Assembly: GCA_008080745.1 (NCBI GenBank)
Contig: SHMX01000006.1
Span: 149,684-181,683, forward strand
DNA: 32,000 nt
Reading direction: 5' to 3'
From: Candidatus Thorarchaeota archaeon
Lineage (GTDB): Archaea > Asgardarchaeota > Thorarchaeia > Thorarchaeales > Thorarchaeaceae
Position 1 is the stretch's first letter, and each line of letters starts with the position of its first letter. Positions 1 to 9,475 of the stretch are shown here, in pieces. A program made the translations under genes and the position numbers. The notes below the pieces were generated by a model. It was not told the DNA's origin. It searched no databases and saw only the letters and a list, made by a program, of their open reading frames with translations.

Positions 1-3000
1 CTCACTCTCAGCGTATTGGATTGGTTGATTTGCATCAGTATCAGTATATGTAATATTTAGAGAACCAGTGTAGCCTACCGGTATTGAAACGAAGCTAGTT
101 GAACGGATAACAGATGTGTGAACATCTCGAACCTGAACTGAAAGTGCTATTGAACGTGATTCGCAGAAGTCTTTTGTCGCAGTGATATTGATGTCGTATA
201 ATCCAAGCGTTACACCACTGGTATTGAAGCTAATAGTGTAATGTCCAGGATTCCCAACAACTGCCTCTACGCTATAAGATGTAAGAGTCCAATTAGTGAT
301 GATGGATGCATCCGTAATCGGCTGACCCAATTGGTCCTCATAGTATACGTCCATCTCAGCGATGTATCCACTAGGCACGTTAATACCAGGTGCATCTTCA
401 GAGAAGAACTCAGTAGTATATACAACATTTAATGTGAAGGTATCACTAACCGAGTCATAGTTGTTCTTTGTCCAATCTAGCTGAATGGGATACTGCCCAT
501 TGCTGGGTAAAAGAGAAGTATCTAATGAAACGCTGTATTCTCCAGTGCCCATGTTACTAACTATACCTGAGCCAGCAGCCCAATCATAAGTCATAACACC
601 ATCTGGGACCAATTCGTTAGCATCAGTATCGTTTATCCTCAGTTGGAGAAGGACAACATCACCATATGTCACATTTTTGCTCCAAGAGGTTTCTGAACCA
701 ATTGGATATTTAACCAGCATATCTGTACTATGATCAATATCAAATAATCTCCTGAAGAAACCAACATTGTGAATCTCATTCGAGCTACTAATACTATCAT
801 TTACAAAAGCCTGAACTTCCCAGTTACCGACAGATGCATTATTGGCCTCTAGAAAGATATAGTCACTTATCGCATAACCAGAAGAAACAGTTGCTGATAG
901 TGAGTACCATTTAGCAACATCTGGGTCGTATACATCAAATGTCACAATATCCCCATCATATGAACCGGGAACTGTAGCCCTAAATCGGGTTTGTTCATTG
1001 GCTCTGAAGGTTCTTGTACTAGACCATTCAGATTGGGTTGAGTCCCATACTTCAAGGTTAGTAATCATATTAGGCGAGTTACCTTTGATCAACCAAAATC
1101 CATTCTGATAAATAGTTGTGATGTCATAGACAGAAACATTTACCACTTCATCGCCAGGTTGTCCCTGATTCCAGCCATAACTCAGATTTGTTGCTCTATC
1201 AAAGGGTTCAGCTACAAAGGTTACATCTCTATTGGTAGGAATTGATACATTGAATGAATATTCGGGCTCGTATCCATCTGGAACTGCTGCATAGTAATTT
1301 GTTGTCCATTGTACATTTGAAGCATTAGAAACAGAATAGGTTTCTCCAGAGTTGAAAAGAGTATCATAAACGGTCATACCACCATGCTTCTTTGCAAATG
1401 CCTTGACATCTACATCAAATTCAATACTAATATCTAAATCGGGGTCCGGGGTAGCTGGAGTAGGAGTCCAAGTGAAGTTGGCAAGTGCATTACTAGTCCA
1501 AGCTGGATCTGCCTGATAGATGGCGTATCCCTCACCAAAAACAGATGCTCCACCAATGTCACTAACTGAATTTCCATTCATCTCCATATTAATCTGTGAT
1601 GGCTTTACTTTTGCTTTTACATAGACGTAAATATTGTCAAATCTTACCTCTGGACGAATATCTTGATTACGATACCATTCTTTCTGAGTTACTCTTAGGC
1701 CTAATGTGAGGTCTAAATTATTTGGATCTACTTCCGTAGTACTTGCTTCAACAAGACCCGTTGAATACCAAGTATTTGAAGCCAATGTTGGATCTTCAAG
1801 ACTCCGCCTCCATAGATAATCCCCTCCACTATCAGGATCACCATCAGCAACATACATCTCAAAGAAGCCACCCATGATACCCCAACCGCGTAAATCTGCC
1901 CAATGGTCAACTGATACACCAATCCAAGTGACTTCACCACGATTGATGTTCAGATTTTGAGTGGCATATGTTTTATCATCTAAATTATACCAATAACCAT
2001 ACGTAGAGTCAGGACGATCATCATACCAATAACCATCCATTCTAAGACTAAGAGCAGGATTTCCACTACCATGTCCATTTGCCTCCCACCGAGAATTGAG
2101 TTTCATATGACCGCCACTCTCAAGGGAATAGACATAACCAGTTGAATTAATTGCAACTCCATAATTGAAATAGAATTCTCCGTTACCCGTACCTTTGCTT
2201 CCCCATTGATATTGATAACTGTCAATTCCAGAGTCATAAACTAATACTCGATGGTCTCCAGAGTCACATATGAAAACATCACCTGATGAGTCTATGGCAA
2301 GTCCTCGAGGGTCTCGTACAGTGGAACTGTCTATAGAATTGAAATACCTATGTCGTCCAACTTCATCAATAAATGTACCCGTTGATGAAAATTGAGTTAT
2401 TGCATAATTTTGATTACTGTACAATGTATGGTCTGAAACATACACATCACCGGTATTCTGATTTATTGCAATGCCACTGGGACATACAAAATTTCCTTGA
2501 CCAGTTCCAGAACCTCCAAATTGGCGAATATAGCCACCGGCCGAATTGAACTGCTGAATACGGTAATTACCCTGGTCAACAACATATACACCATTTGAAG
2601 ATATTGCAATCCCAACAGGACCAAAGAATTCTCCATTACCATACCCATCAGATCCAAATTCGGATACATAATTACCAACCGCATCAAATATTTGAATTCG
2701 ATTATTTCCATTATCTGCAACGTATACATAACCTGTTGAGTTGACTGCAATACCCATGGGGTTGTTAAACTCGCCAGAACCAGAACCAAACGTTCCCCAT
2801 TGCCCCTCATAATTTCCAGCTGGATCGAATATCTGAATTCTATTATTACCCGAATCACTAACATAGATGTAATCTGAATCGTTGATTGCAATTCCATATG
2901 GATCTATAAACTGTCCATTTCCTATACCATAAGAGCCCCATTGGGTTTGATATGTGCCAGTATTTGAGAAGACCTGAATTCTATTGGTGCCTGAGAAACC

Positions 3001-3456
3001 AGCTGTAGCGTGACTGCTGCTAAATGTCCAAGAAGATGCATCATCAAATCCACTATTGAGGAGCCATGTTCGATTTTCAGTCAAATCGGTTATAGTTGTT
3101 GCAACTTGATATGACTCCCAGCCATCACCGATAGGTACACTAAGTTCCGTGCCACTTGTTGTACCAGCAGATGAATCATAGAACATTGATGAATCTGTAA
3201 ATGTATCAACGCGTGTTCCATATTCTGAGCCATTCAATGCATAACCAATTCCAGATACAGAAGAAGGTGATGCAGACAGGTCGTATCTATAGAGAATCTC
3301 ATCGGGTCCGACCTCTATTACATTGCCATCCTCTAGTTCAATTAATCGACTCTTTGAATCTGTTCCATCTAGTGGTGAAAATAGTACCATTGTGGAAGAC
3401 ATAGTTAGCACTAATAGTAGTGCCATTACTTTCATGGCGGTTCTTCTTTTCGGCAC
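1..3456 (-). CDS. Giant secreted/surface glycoprotein (3'-truncated by the window edge) with a 6-repeat NHL beta-propeller and downstream Ig-like beta-rich repeats
   Basis: Hand translation gives an open frame from GTG at 3456 (SD-like GGAGTGA at 3463-3469) to position 1 with no stop, 1152 codons. It begins with a signal-peptide-like segment (MPKRRTAMKVMALLVLTMSSTMVLFSP). NHL repeats (NNRIQIFD..G.Y..QWG..G.G.GEF..P.GIA) lie at ~2110-2990. Many N-x-S/T sequons and beta-strand-rich repeats (e.g. GTGEYSVSLDTS, NPGHYTISFNTS) follow. It is absent from the ORF track because its stop lies outside the window. Confidence 0.9.
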   Translation of the reverse strand, partial: MPKRRTAMKVMALLLVLTMSSTMVLFSPLDGTDSKSRLIELEDGNVIEVGPDEILYRYDLSASPSSVSGIGYALNGSEYGTRVDTFTDSSMFYDSSAGTTSGTELSVPIGDGWESYQVATTITDLTENRTWLLNSGFDDASSWTFSSSHATAGFSGTNRIQVFSNTGTYQTQWGSYGIGNGQFIDPYGIAINDSDYIYVSDSGNNRIQIFDPAGNYEGQWGTFGSGSGEFNNPMGIAVNSTGYVYVADNGNNRIQIFDAVGNYVSEFGSDGYGNGEFFGPVGIAISSNGVYVVDQGNYRIQQFNSAGGYIRQFGGSGTGQGNFVCPSGIAINQNTGDVYVSDHTLYSNQNYAITQFSSTGTFIDEVGRHRYFNSIDSSTVRDPRGLAIDSSGDVFICDSGDHRVLVYDSGIDSYQYQWGSKGTGNGEFYFNYGVAINSTGYVYSLESGGHMKLNSRWEANGHGSGNPALSLRMDGYWYDDRPDSTYGYWYNLDDKTYATQNLNINRGEVTWIGVSVDHWADLRGWGIMGGFFEMYVADGDPDSGGDYLWRRSLEDPTLASNTWYSTGLVEASTTEVDPNNLDLTLGLRVTQKEWYRNQDIRPEVRFDNIYVYVKAKVKPSQINMEMNGNSVSDIGGASVFGEGYAIYQADPAWTSNALANFTWTPTPATPDPDLDISIEFDVDVKAFAKKHGGMTVYDTLFNSGETYSVSNASNVQWTTNYYAAVPDGYEPEYSFNVSIPTNRDVTFVAEPFDRATNLSYGWNQGQPGDEVVNVSVYDITTIYQNGFWLIKGNSPNMITNLEVWDSTQSEWSSTRTFRANEQTRFRATVPGSYDGDIVTFDVYDPDVAKWYSLSATVSSGYAISDYIFLEANNASVGNWEVQAFVNDSISSSNEIHNVGFFRRLFDIDHSTDMLVKYPIGSETSWSKNVTYGDVVLLQLRINDTDANELVPDGVMTYDWAAGSGIVSNMGTGEYSVSLDTSLLPSNGQYPIQLDWTKNNYDSVSDTFTLNVVYTTEFFSEDAPGINVPSGYIAEMDVYYEDQLGQPITDASIITNWTLTSYSVEAVVGNPGHYTISFNTSGVTLGLYDINITATKDFCESRSIALSVQVRDVHTSVIRSTSFVSIPVGYTGSLNITYTDTDANQPIQYAESE
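2110..2990 (-). repeat. Six NHL repeats (coding), one complete six-bladed propeller
   Basis: Six ~46-53 aa units start TNRIQVF, NNRIQIF, NNRIQIF, NYRIQQF, NYAITQF and DHRVLVY, each ending in a G-x-A-I/V...V-Y/F motif (units 1-5 end D-x-G/H; unit 6 ends SLESG). Confidence 0.85.
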
Positions 3457-3611
3457 GGCGAATCACTCCGAGTATCTAGAAATTCGGTGAAGATATCATC
3501 CCGATATTCTAGTAAAACTCTCCTCGTATTGCGTGAGTCATATCTGGTATTAAAACTAATCTGTCGTTTGTCGTTCCATATATGATACAACTGTTCGAAA
3601 TATCGAAGATG

Positions 3612-5771
3612 TCATAATTTGTTCTTTTTCACGAAATAGATGCTTACCACAATACTAATTCCTGCCACACCCAGTCCAATAAGTACAATCTCAACCATGC
3701 CGATTAGAGAATTAGGAACATCAGGTGTGCCGTACAACACTCTCCAATCTGTAACAGCAGTATTCATACCCCAATCATAAACGACAGCTTGAATCGCTAA
3801 GGACTCGGCGTCTGGAAATGTAGGTATTGAAGCTGTATAGGAATCTCCATGTAATTCACAGAGATACCTGTGTTCTTCATTATCGGTTAGAACTACTATC
3901 GTTACATTTTCAATACCTGAAGTAGTATCAGTAGCTTCTACCCAAACATCAAAATCCTGAAGATCGATATTGACGGGATCGGTGCCCCAATCATCTATTA
4001 TAGGAGGTGTTTGGTCAATTCGCGCATAGCGCATTCGTTTTATCCAGTTAGCCGCTTCACTCAATGCATCGTAACAACCAATCCAGTCCATCTTGTTATA
4101 GAGTTCCTGTGCATTAGCGATTGCAGCCTCCACTCTATCCCTTGCTTCTATAACTTTTGGGAGATCATCGTTAAGGATGCCTTCCGAATATTCCTCAAAA
4201 TCCAGAACAATCTCAGCCTCCATCTGGTCTAGATAGGTACTCTGGACCCAATTCTGGTCGAATGTAGCCGTACCGTTATGCATGGTGAAATATCCCATGG
4301 GACTATAACTGAAATCACCTACGTAATGATATTGACTCCATGTATGTCCGATACCAATGGCATGCATAGTTTCATGAAGCTGTATATTAGATATCCCACT
4401 CTTCGGTGTCACTCCATCAGATTGGTAATATCGCTCCCAAGATTTCCAAATGACCGTTTGTCCTCCGCCTCCAAGACCCGTAAATGTCCTTCCCCCGGCA
4501 TACATCTCCATCATTTTTTTAATGAAAACTACACCGAATACTTCTATCTGATTTGGTTGGTCATCCACATAGGAAGGTCGAAGTGTATCATATATATCCT
4601 GAAATTGAGCATATCCATCTACCTGAGTCACTCCACCTACAATATCTGCGTGGTCCCAGAATACAGTCTCCCATTCTGGAAATTGTTCGATATCGAGAAA
4701 GTCAATATTTACGGTCCAGTCGATGAAGGGAAATAGAGTTTCAAGATGTGCTCTTTGAATTTCCCCGTCTGTGACCCATTGCAAACTATCTATACCTACA
4801 CCATCATTTACGTCCATTCCAAAAACTATGCCTTGCAAGATACCTGATTTGACATATGCTGTGGGCTGATGTTGATTTGCAAACATAAGATAACTGATTG
4901 GATCATACATGTAGTCTGCCAGATAAACTGATAATGCCTCTCTCCCTGAATTTGAACCAAGATCAATCTCGGATACCTTATCCTCTAAATCTTTGATACA
5001 ATGTTCATAATCATTGGAATAGGGAACCTGTCCCCACCAGATTCGTGCCCATTGGAGATACCATTGGTCAGCTGAAGGGTCAAGCACATAGATATTTCCT
5101 CTTCCACCAATGCCTGCAAATTGGAATTTAACTCCGGAATTTAATTCATTATCCCATTCTAATCTGAACCATTCTTGTTTCAGTCCTGTGTCAGGGTCGA
5201 TTGGGTGATAGTCGAACCAATGTTCTATCTCATGGTCATCTGAATCGAACTCTGAGAAGTTGAGAAGATAAAACACGTACCCAAGCTCAGGTGGGTCTAC
5301 TGCAGGATTTTCTACCAACCAGTCTTCCACAGCATAACCATCTATTGATCGTCCATCTCGATCATAGAAAATTTTCTGGGGTTCGTTGGGATGAGTCTTC
5401 TGATATTCTAATGCAGTTTCATCAAGAGCAGAGCCAGTCCCCGTACCATTGATTGAGTTAGTCAACATTACAGTACGGAAATCATTCTCCCAAGACTCAG
5501 ATGCTTCAATAATATCATAGCTTATCTCATATTCTACATATGCTTTGGTTGTAGAAAAGATCCTACTAGTTGGAAAGCTTTCTAGGAGAACAGTATCATC
5601 AATTACATCATCATAATTAACAAGGACAATGCTTATTGTCCATTGTCGAGTAATTGAAGATTTTTGGGCTAATTGGCTGGGTTCTCTTTGAGGCTTGATA
5701 CCAGTTGATGTTACTAATGGAATACTTGATAATGCAAGTAGAATAACCAGACAGACCCCAATCATTCTCAT
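3612..5771 (-). CDS. Secreted, C-terminally membrane-anchored metzincin-type zinc metalloprotease
   Basis: N-terminal signal peptide; HETMHAIGIGH (HExxHxxGxxH) at 4344-4376; Met-turn-like SPMGY 16 residues after the third His; C-terminal TM helix plus basic tail (VSIYFVKKNKL). Confidence 0.8.
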   Translation of the reverse strand: MRMIGVCLVILLALSSIPLVTSTGIKPQREPSQLAQKSSITRQWTISIVLVNYDDVIDDTVLLESFPTSRIFSTTKAYVEYEISYDIIEASESWENDFRTVMLTNSINGTGTGSALDETALEYQKTHPNEPQKIFYDRDGRSIDGYAVEDWLVENPAVDPPELGYVFYLLNFSEFDSDDHEIEHWFDYHPIDPDTGLKQEWFRLEWDNELNSGVKFQFAGIGGRGNIYVLDPSADQWYLQWARIWWGQVPYSNDYEHCIKDLEDKVSEIDLGSNSGREALSVYLADYMYDPISYLMFANQHQPTAYVKSGILQGIVFGMDVNDGVGIDSLQWVTDGEIQRAHLETLFPFIDWTVNIDFLDIEQFPEWETVFWDHADIVGGVTQVDGYAQFQDIYDTLRPSYVDDQPNQIEVFGVVFIKKMMEMYAGGRTFTGLGGGGQTVIWKSWERYYQSDGVTPKSGISNIQLHETMHAIGIGHTWSQYHYVGDFSYSPMGYFTMHNGTATFDQNWVQSTYLDQMEAEIVLDFEEYSEGILNDDLPKVIEARDRVEAAIANAQELYNKMDWIGCYDALSEAANWIKRMRYARIDQTPPIIDDWGTDPVNIDLQDFDVWVEATDTTSGIENVTIVVLTDNEEHRYLCELHGDSYTASIPTFPDAESLAIQAVVYDWGMNTAVTDWRVLYGTPDVPNSLIGMVEIVLIGLGVAGISIVVSIYFVKKNKL

Positions 5772-6173
5772 GATTAGGAATACCTATTTCAGAACTATTA
5801 AAGGTCATTTAGTAAGCAAGACACATCCGCAGCAAGTATATTAGGATATATTATTTCATATTCGATAAAGCATCGGCTGTGACTACTTTGAACGTAAACC
5901 AGGAGCAGAAATGTTCTTTCATTATTGATGTCCTAGATATCTTTGATTTCGCCGATGCACCTTCGTTCTCAAGCATTTTTTCTCCAATCTTTTGTCATAA
6001 CAGGGTTTGAAGAATAAGCTAGGTATGGATAAGGAAAAATGATGATTTGGATAACTCCTCAGAACTAATAAAATTGGAAATAATATCATCCACATAATAC
6101 TGATGAACAACAAAGCTTTATCATACATTACGGTAACTTGGCGTATGACGAGACCCCAGAGGTGCCATTAATT

Positions 6174-9100
6174 ATGGGTCTGAAAGAATTAATCAAAGGT
6201 GTCGGTAAGGACGTACTTGTAACGGCCGCAACTGTTGTTTCCGGGGTTGCCCTGGGACCACTAGGTGCAGCAGCCGTTGGCGGATTTCTATCTAGGGTTA
6301 TGGGTAAAGTGGGCGTAGATGTTGACCCAGAAGACCTTTCTATAGAGGTAGCAAATGAAACTGGGGATGAACCAGCAAAAGTAACTAAGCTTACAGAGCC
6401 AAAGACACTTCAAAGACTTGCTGAAAAACTTGCAGAAAAGACCAATCAAGATAAACAGGAAATCCTAGCAGGACTTCAATACGGTTTTAGAGAATTGCAA
6501 GGTGGAATGGGTGTAGTCATGGGAGAACTTCGTGGCAATACTCAACTTATTGCAGAAGTCATGAAAATGGCTGGAGAAACTGATGCAAAGACAGACCAGT
6601 TAATCACCCATGCTGAAAAGACTGAACGATCAATGGATGAAGTAATCCGTAGACTAGATTCAATGGAACGAGGGCTGGATATCACATTCCGCAAATTCAT
6701 TGGAGATTATTCTGACCCGCATATGTTGAGTTATGATCGACTAATGATGATTAGTCGATTGCAGAGACAGCGAACCGTGGTTGCTTCTAGTTTTGGTATA
6801 AGATATGAACCTTCATTATATGTTCCAAGACATGTAGAGGAGGGTATATTTGACCGATTCATCGCAGATGCGGGAATGTCTGATAGGAATATCTTCCTCG
6901 TTCTGGGTAATGTTGGATTGGGTAAGACTTGGTTCATGGCCAGGATGTCTAATCGTGCTATGGAACTGAACCAGCCAACGTTCTTCGTTCCTCTTGGTCA
7001 CGGGATAAAATCTCTAACAAGTGTATTCAAGGTCGAATCCATACCAGCACTGGTTGATTTGATAGACCCCATTCTTGATGAAGCTGGTGAACATGCCTAC
7101 ATCTTTCTTGATGGTCTAGACGAAATGGATCCAACTCAGATACGCCATATAATGGGTGCATTATCATCAGCAAGAAGCGATTCTGTATCTTTCATAATAT
7201 CCTGCAGAGCGACAGACTGGGCATCCAACCGGGCAATTGTTCGAGGAGCTAATGACATCAAGTATTACATTTACGATAATCCAAAAGCTGGTGAATTGGC
7301 AAGGTCACTGAGAATCAACACACCAGTTTCAGTTCTTATGTCCGAATTCACAGACAAAGAAATGAGTATTGCAATGGATCGTTACGGGATTCCACGAGAA
7401 GTACCTGAAGATCTACTACCTTTGCTAAAGAGACCATACATCATGAGGTTATCTGCACAATGGTACTATACCGTAGGTTCTTTACCCTCACCTTCATCAC
7501 CTGAGTTCTTGGACCTTTTCGCTGGTGGCCCAGAATATACAGATTCAGTATTCAGAAGATTGGGTATTCTTACCGAGAGAGATTCTCTCTATGCAACAGT
7601 AGAGAAAATAATTCAAGCAAAAAGAGAATCATTACCACTGAACGAGATTCCGATAGACCCAGAATCATCAGCATTTAGTACTCTTGTTTCATCCGGGATG
7701 CTAATCATTAAGATTGACAGAATTGGAACAACAATATCACTGAGTCCGGAATTCTTAGTTCCTCTCTTTTCATTGACCGTTCTACGACATCAAACAGATC
7801 CTACTAGGATAAAGGATATGCTTGAAGAAATCAAAGCCTGGAAGCCGGAAGCCGGTCATATTGTTGACAGGATAGTGGCAGAATTCATATTGCCAAAGTC
7901 ACCACGACCAGTAGAACGAGCTCCTCCACGTTTGGATACGCAGCCACGAGCACCAGACAAGGCAGGGTTTACAAAAGGAATCACACAGGATTTCGGAAGA
8001 CAAACACCAGCTAAACCGGAGGATGCTCCAATTGGAGTTGCTACACCTCCACCTATAACCTCTGGAGCCAGTCTAAGCCCCACCTTCACCGCTGCAAGTG
8101 AAATCAAAGCTACTAATCCAATGGAAGTAGCAGATATTCTTCTTGGTCTGTTAAACGATCCAGACGTACACGTTCGTAGAGCCGCTTCGATAGGACTTGG
8201 TTTAACAGCTCCAAGAGTCAAAGATGAGCATGCTCGTTTGGAACTGCTTCTACCACTACTTGATGATCCTGATTCTGATGTCCGTGCTGGTGCAGCTTGG
8301 GGACTCTCATTGGTAGCATCCTCATTAAGGGATGTACATCACGGTGTTGAGCTTCTTCAACCACTCACTGAGGATCTTGAATGGGCTGTTCGCAGAAGAG
8401 CATCCTTTGGTGTGGGACTCTTTGGAGCCAGAATGGATGACGAGTCTATGGGCATGAGCATCATCGAAAAACTTCTTCATCACAATGATGGACAAGTGCG
8501 GGCTGGAGCAGCCGCTGGGGTAGGACTTGGATCAATGTCAAAAGGAAACCCGAGTAAGATAGTTGATTTGCTAATACCGCTTCTAGAAGATCAATATGAC
8601 GATGCTAGAGGTGGGGCTGCACTCGGTCTGGGACTTATTGCATCCGCATTGCCACCAGGTTCCAAAGCAGCAGATCCATTATTTGATACAGCTAGGAAGG
8701 GCTTTGGAAGGATTCGCGTTGGTTCAGTACTCGGCCTCTCACTAGCATCTATTAAACACGGCAGCGGTCGTGGAATTGTTGGTGCATTCTCACCACTTCT
8801 AAATGATTCCTCATTTGAAGTACGAGGTGCATCCTGTATCGGTATTGGTCTTGCTGCTTCTAGTCTATTTGAACCAGAGGAAGTAGATAATGCAATAGAA
8901 ATCCTGATTCCAAAACTGAACGATGATGAAGAATCTGTTCGCTCAGCAGCAGCACTTGGTTTGAGCTATGTTGCATCACGTCTCCCACGGGACAAGATGA
9001 CACAGCTATTAGAGACCCTTCTTGCTCAGACTGATGAGAACATCAGAGCATGCGCCTGTGTAGGTTATGGAATGGCTGCAACCAGATTCAAGAAGCCTAC

Positions 9101-9422
9101 TGAAAAAATAGACATCCTCAGCAAATTGCTTGGAGACCGTGAAAAGGCGGTTAGAAAAGGAGCACTCTTGGGAATCGGATTGGCAAGCACTAAAGTACGA
9201 GATGTATTGACAAAAGTCAACTATCTCTCTGGTGGAATTGCTTCTGAAGATCCTGTGATACGAAAGGGAGCTGCTCTTGCTCTAGGCATATCACTCTCAG
9301 AAGTTGAACTAGATATTGGTGTGATTTTAGGAGAGAGCTTCTGGGGCACTACTCCTCTTACTCATGAGGAGTGTATGGTGGCAGGTGCTGCTTCTAGTAT
9401 TATGCTACGTTATGGAACATAA
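6174..9422 (+). CDS. STAND/NACHT-type P-loop NTPase with N-terminal Gly-rich helical/coiled-coil domain and C-terminal HEAT/PC-like repeats (NLR-like architecture)
   Basis: Walker A GNVGLGKT (6906-6929), NACHT-type Walker B IFLDGLDE (7101-7124), sensor-1-like FIISCR, conserved LLKRPY, Pro-rich linker (~7890-8110) and 11 repeats LLxDxDxxVRxGAAxGLGLxA (8121-9300). ATG 6174 with SD GAGGTG (6159-6164) is preferred over TTG 6138. Confidence 0.85.
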   Translation: MGLKELIKGVGKDVLVTAATVVSGVALGPLGAAAVGGFLSRVMGKVGVDVDPEDLSIEVANETGDEPAKVTKLTEPKTLQRLAEKLAEKTNQDKQEILAGLQYGFRELQGGMGVVMGELRGNTQLIAEVMKMAGETDAKTDQLITHAEKTERSMDEVIRRLDSMERGLDITFRKFIGDYSDPHMLSYDRLMMISRLQRQRTVVASSFGIRYEPSLYVPRHVEEGIFDRFIADAGMSDRNIFLVLGNVGLGKTWFMARMSNRAMELNQPTFFVPLGHGIKSLTSVFKVESIPALVDLIDPILDEAGEHAYIFLDGLDEMDPTQIRHIMGALSSARSDSVSFIISCRATDWASNRAIVRGANDIKYYIYDNPKAGELARSLRINTPVSVLMSEFTDKEMSIAMDRYGIPREVPEDLLPLLKRPYIMRLSAQWYYTVGSLPSPSSPEFLDLFAGGPEYTDSVFRRLGILTERDSLYATVEKIIQAKRESLPLNEIPIDPESSAFSTLVSSGMLIIKIDRIGTTISLSPEFLVPLFSLTVLRHQTDPTRIKDMLEEIKAWKPEAGHIVDRIVAEFILPKSPRPVERAPPRLDTQPRAPDKAGFTKGITQDFGRQTPAKPEDAPIGVATPPPITSGASLSPTFTAASEIKATNPMEVADILLGLLNDPDVHVRRAASIGLGLTAPRVKDEHARLELLLPLLDDPDSDVRAGAAWGLSLVASSLRDVHHGVELLQPLTEDLEWAVRRRASFGVGLFGARMDDESMGMSIIEKLLHHNDGQVRAGAAAGVGLGSMSKGNPSKIVDLLIPLLEDQYDDARGGAALGLGLIASALPPGSKAADPLFDTARKGFGRIRVGSVLGLSLASIKHGSGRGIVGAFSPLLNDSSFEVRGASCIGIGLAASSLFEPEEVDNAIEILIPKLNDDEESVRSAAALGLSYVASRLPRDKMTQLLETLLAQTDENIRACACVGYGMAATRFKKPTEKIDILSKLLGDREKAVRKGALLGIGLASTKVRDVLTKVNYLSGGIASEDPVIRKGAALALGISLSEVELDIGVILGESFWGTTPLTHEECMVAGAASSIMLRYGT
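8121..9300 (+). repeat. 11 tandem ~36-aa HEAT-like/PC-like protein repeats
   Basis: Repeat cores: VRRAASIGLGL, VRAGAAWGLSL, VRRRASFGVGL, VRAGAAAGVGL, ARGGAALGLGL, IRVGSVLGLSL, VRGASCIGIGL, VRSAAALGLSY, IRACACVGYGM, VRKGALLGIGL, IRKGAALALGI. The first two intervals are exactly 36 aa. Confidence 0.9.
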
Positions 9423-9453
9423 TGGGTGAACATTCACCCATCTAATCTTTTTT
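9422..9453 (+). terminator. Hairpin plus T-tract directly after the NACHT gene
   Basis: Perfect inverted repeat ATGGGTGAA-CA-TTCACCCAT (9422-9441) followed by CTAATCTTTTTT. Function is inferred. Confidence 0.45.
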
Positions 9454-9475
9454 GAGGTTTAAAATTTTGAAAAGA

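Noticed and set aside
241-3404. Short track ORFs (241-432, 1728-1940, 2463-2897, 3201-3404)
   Set aside because: All are off-frame or antisense shadows of the single giant minus-strand CDS.
5922-6128. 68-aa minus-strand ORF between the divergent metzincin and NACHT genes
   Set aside because: It has no SD or recognisable motif and probably overlaps divergent promoters, so it was treated as spurious.
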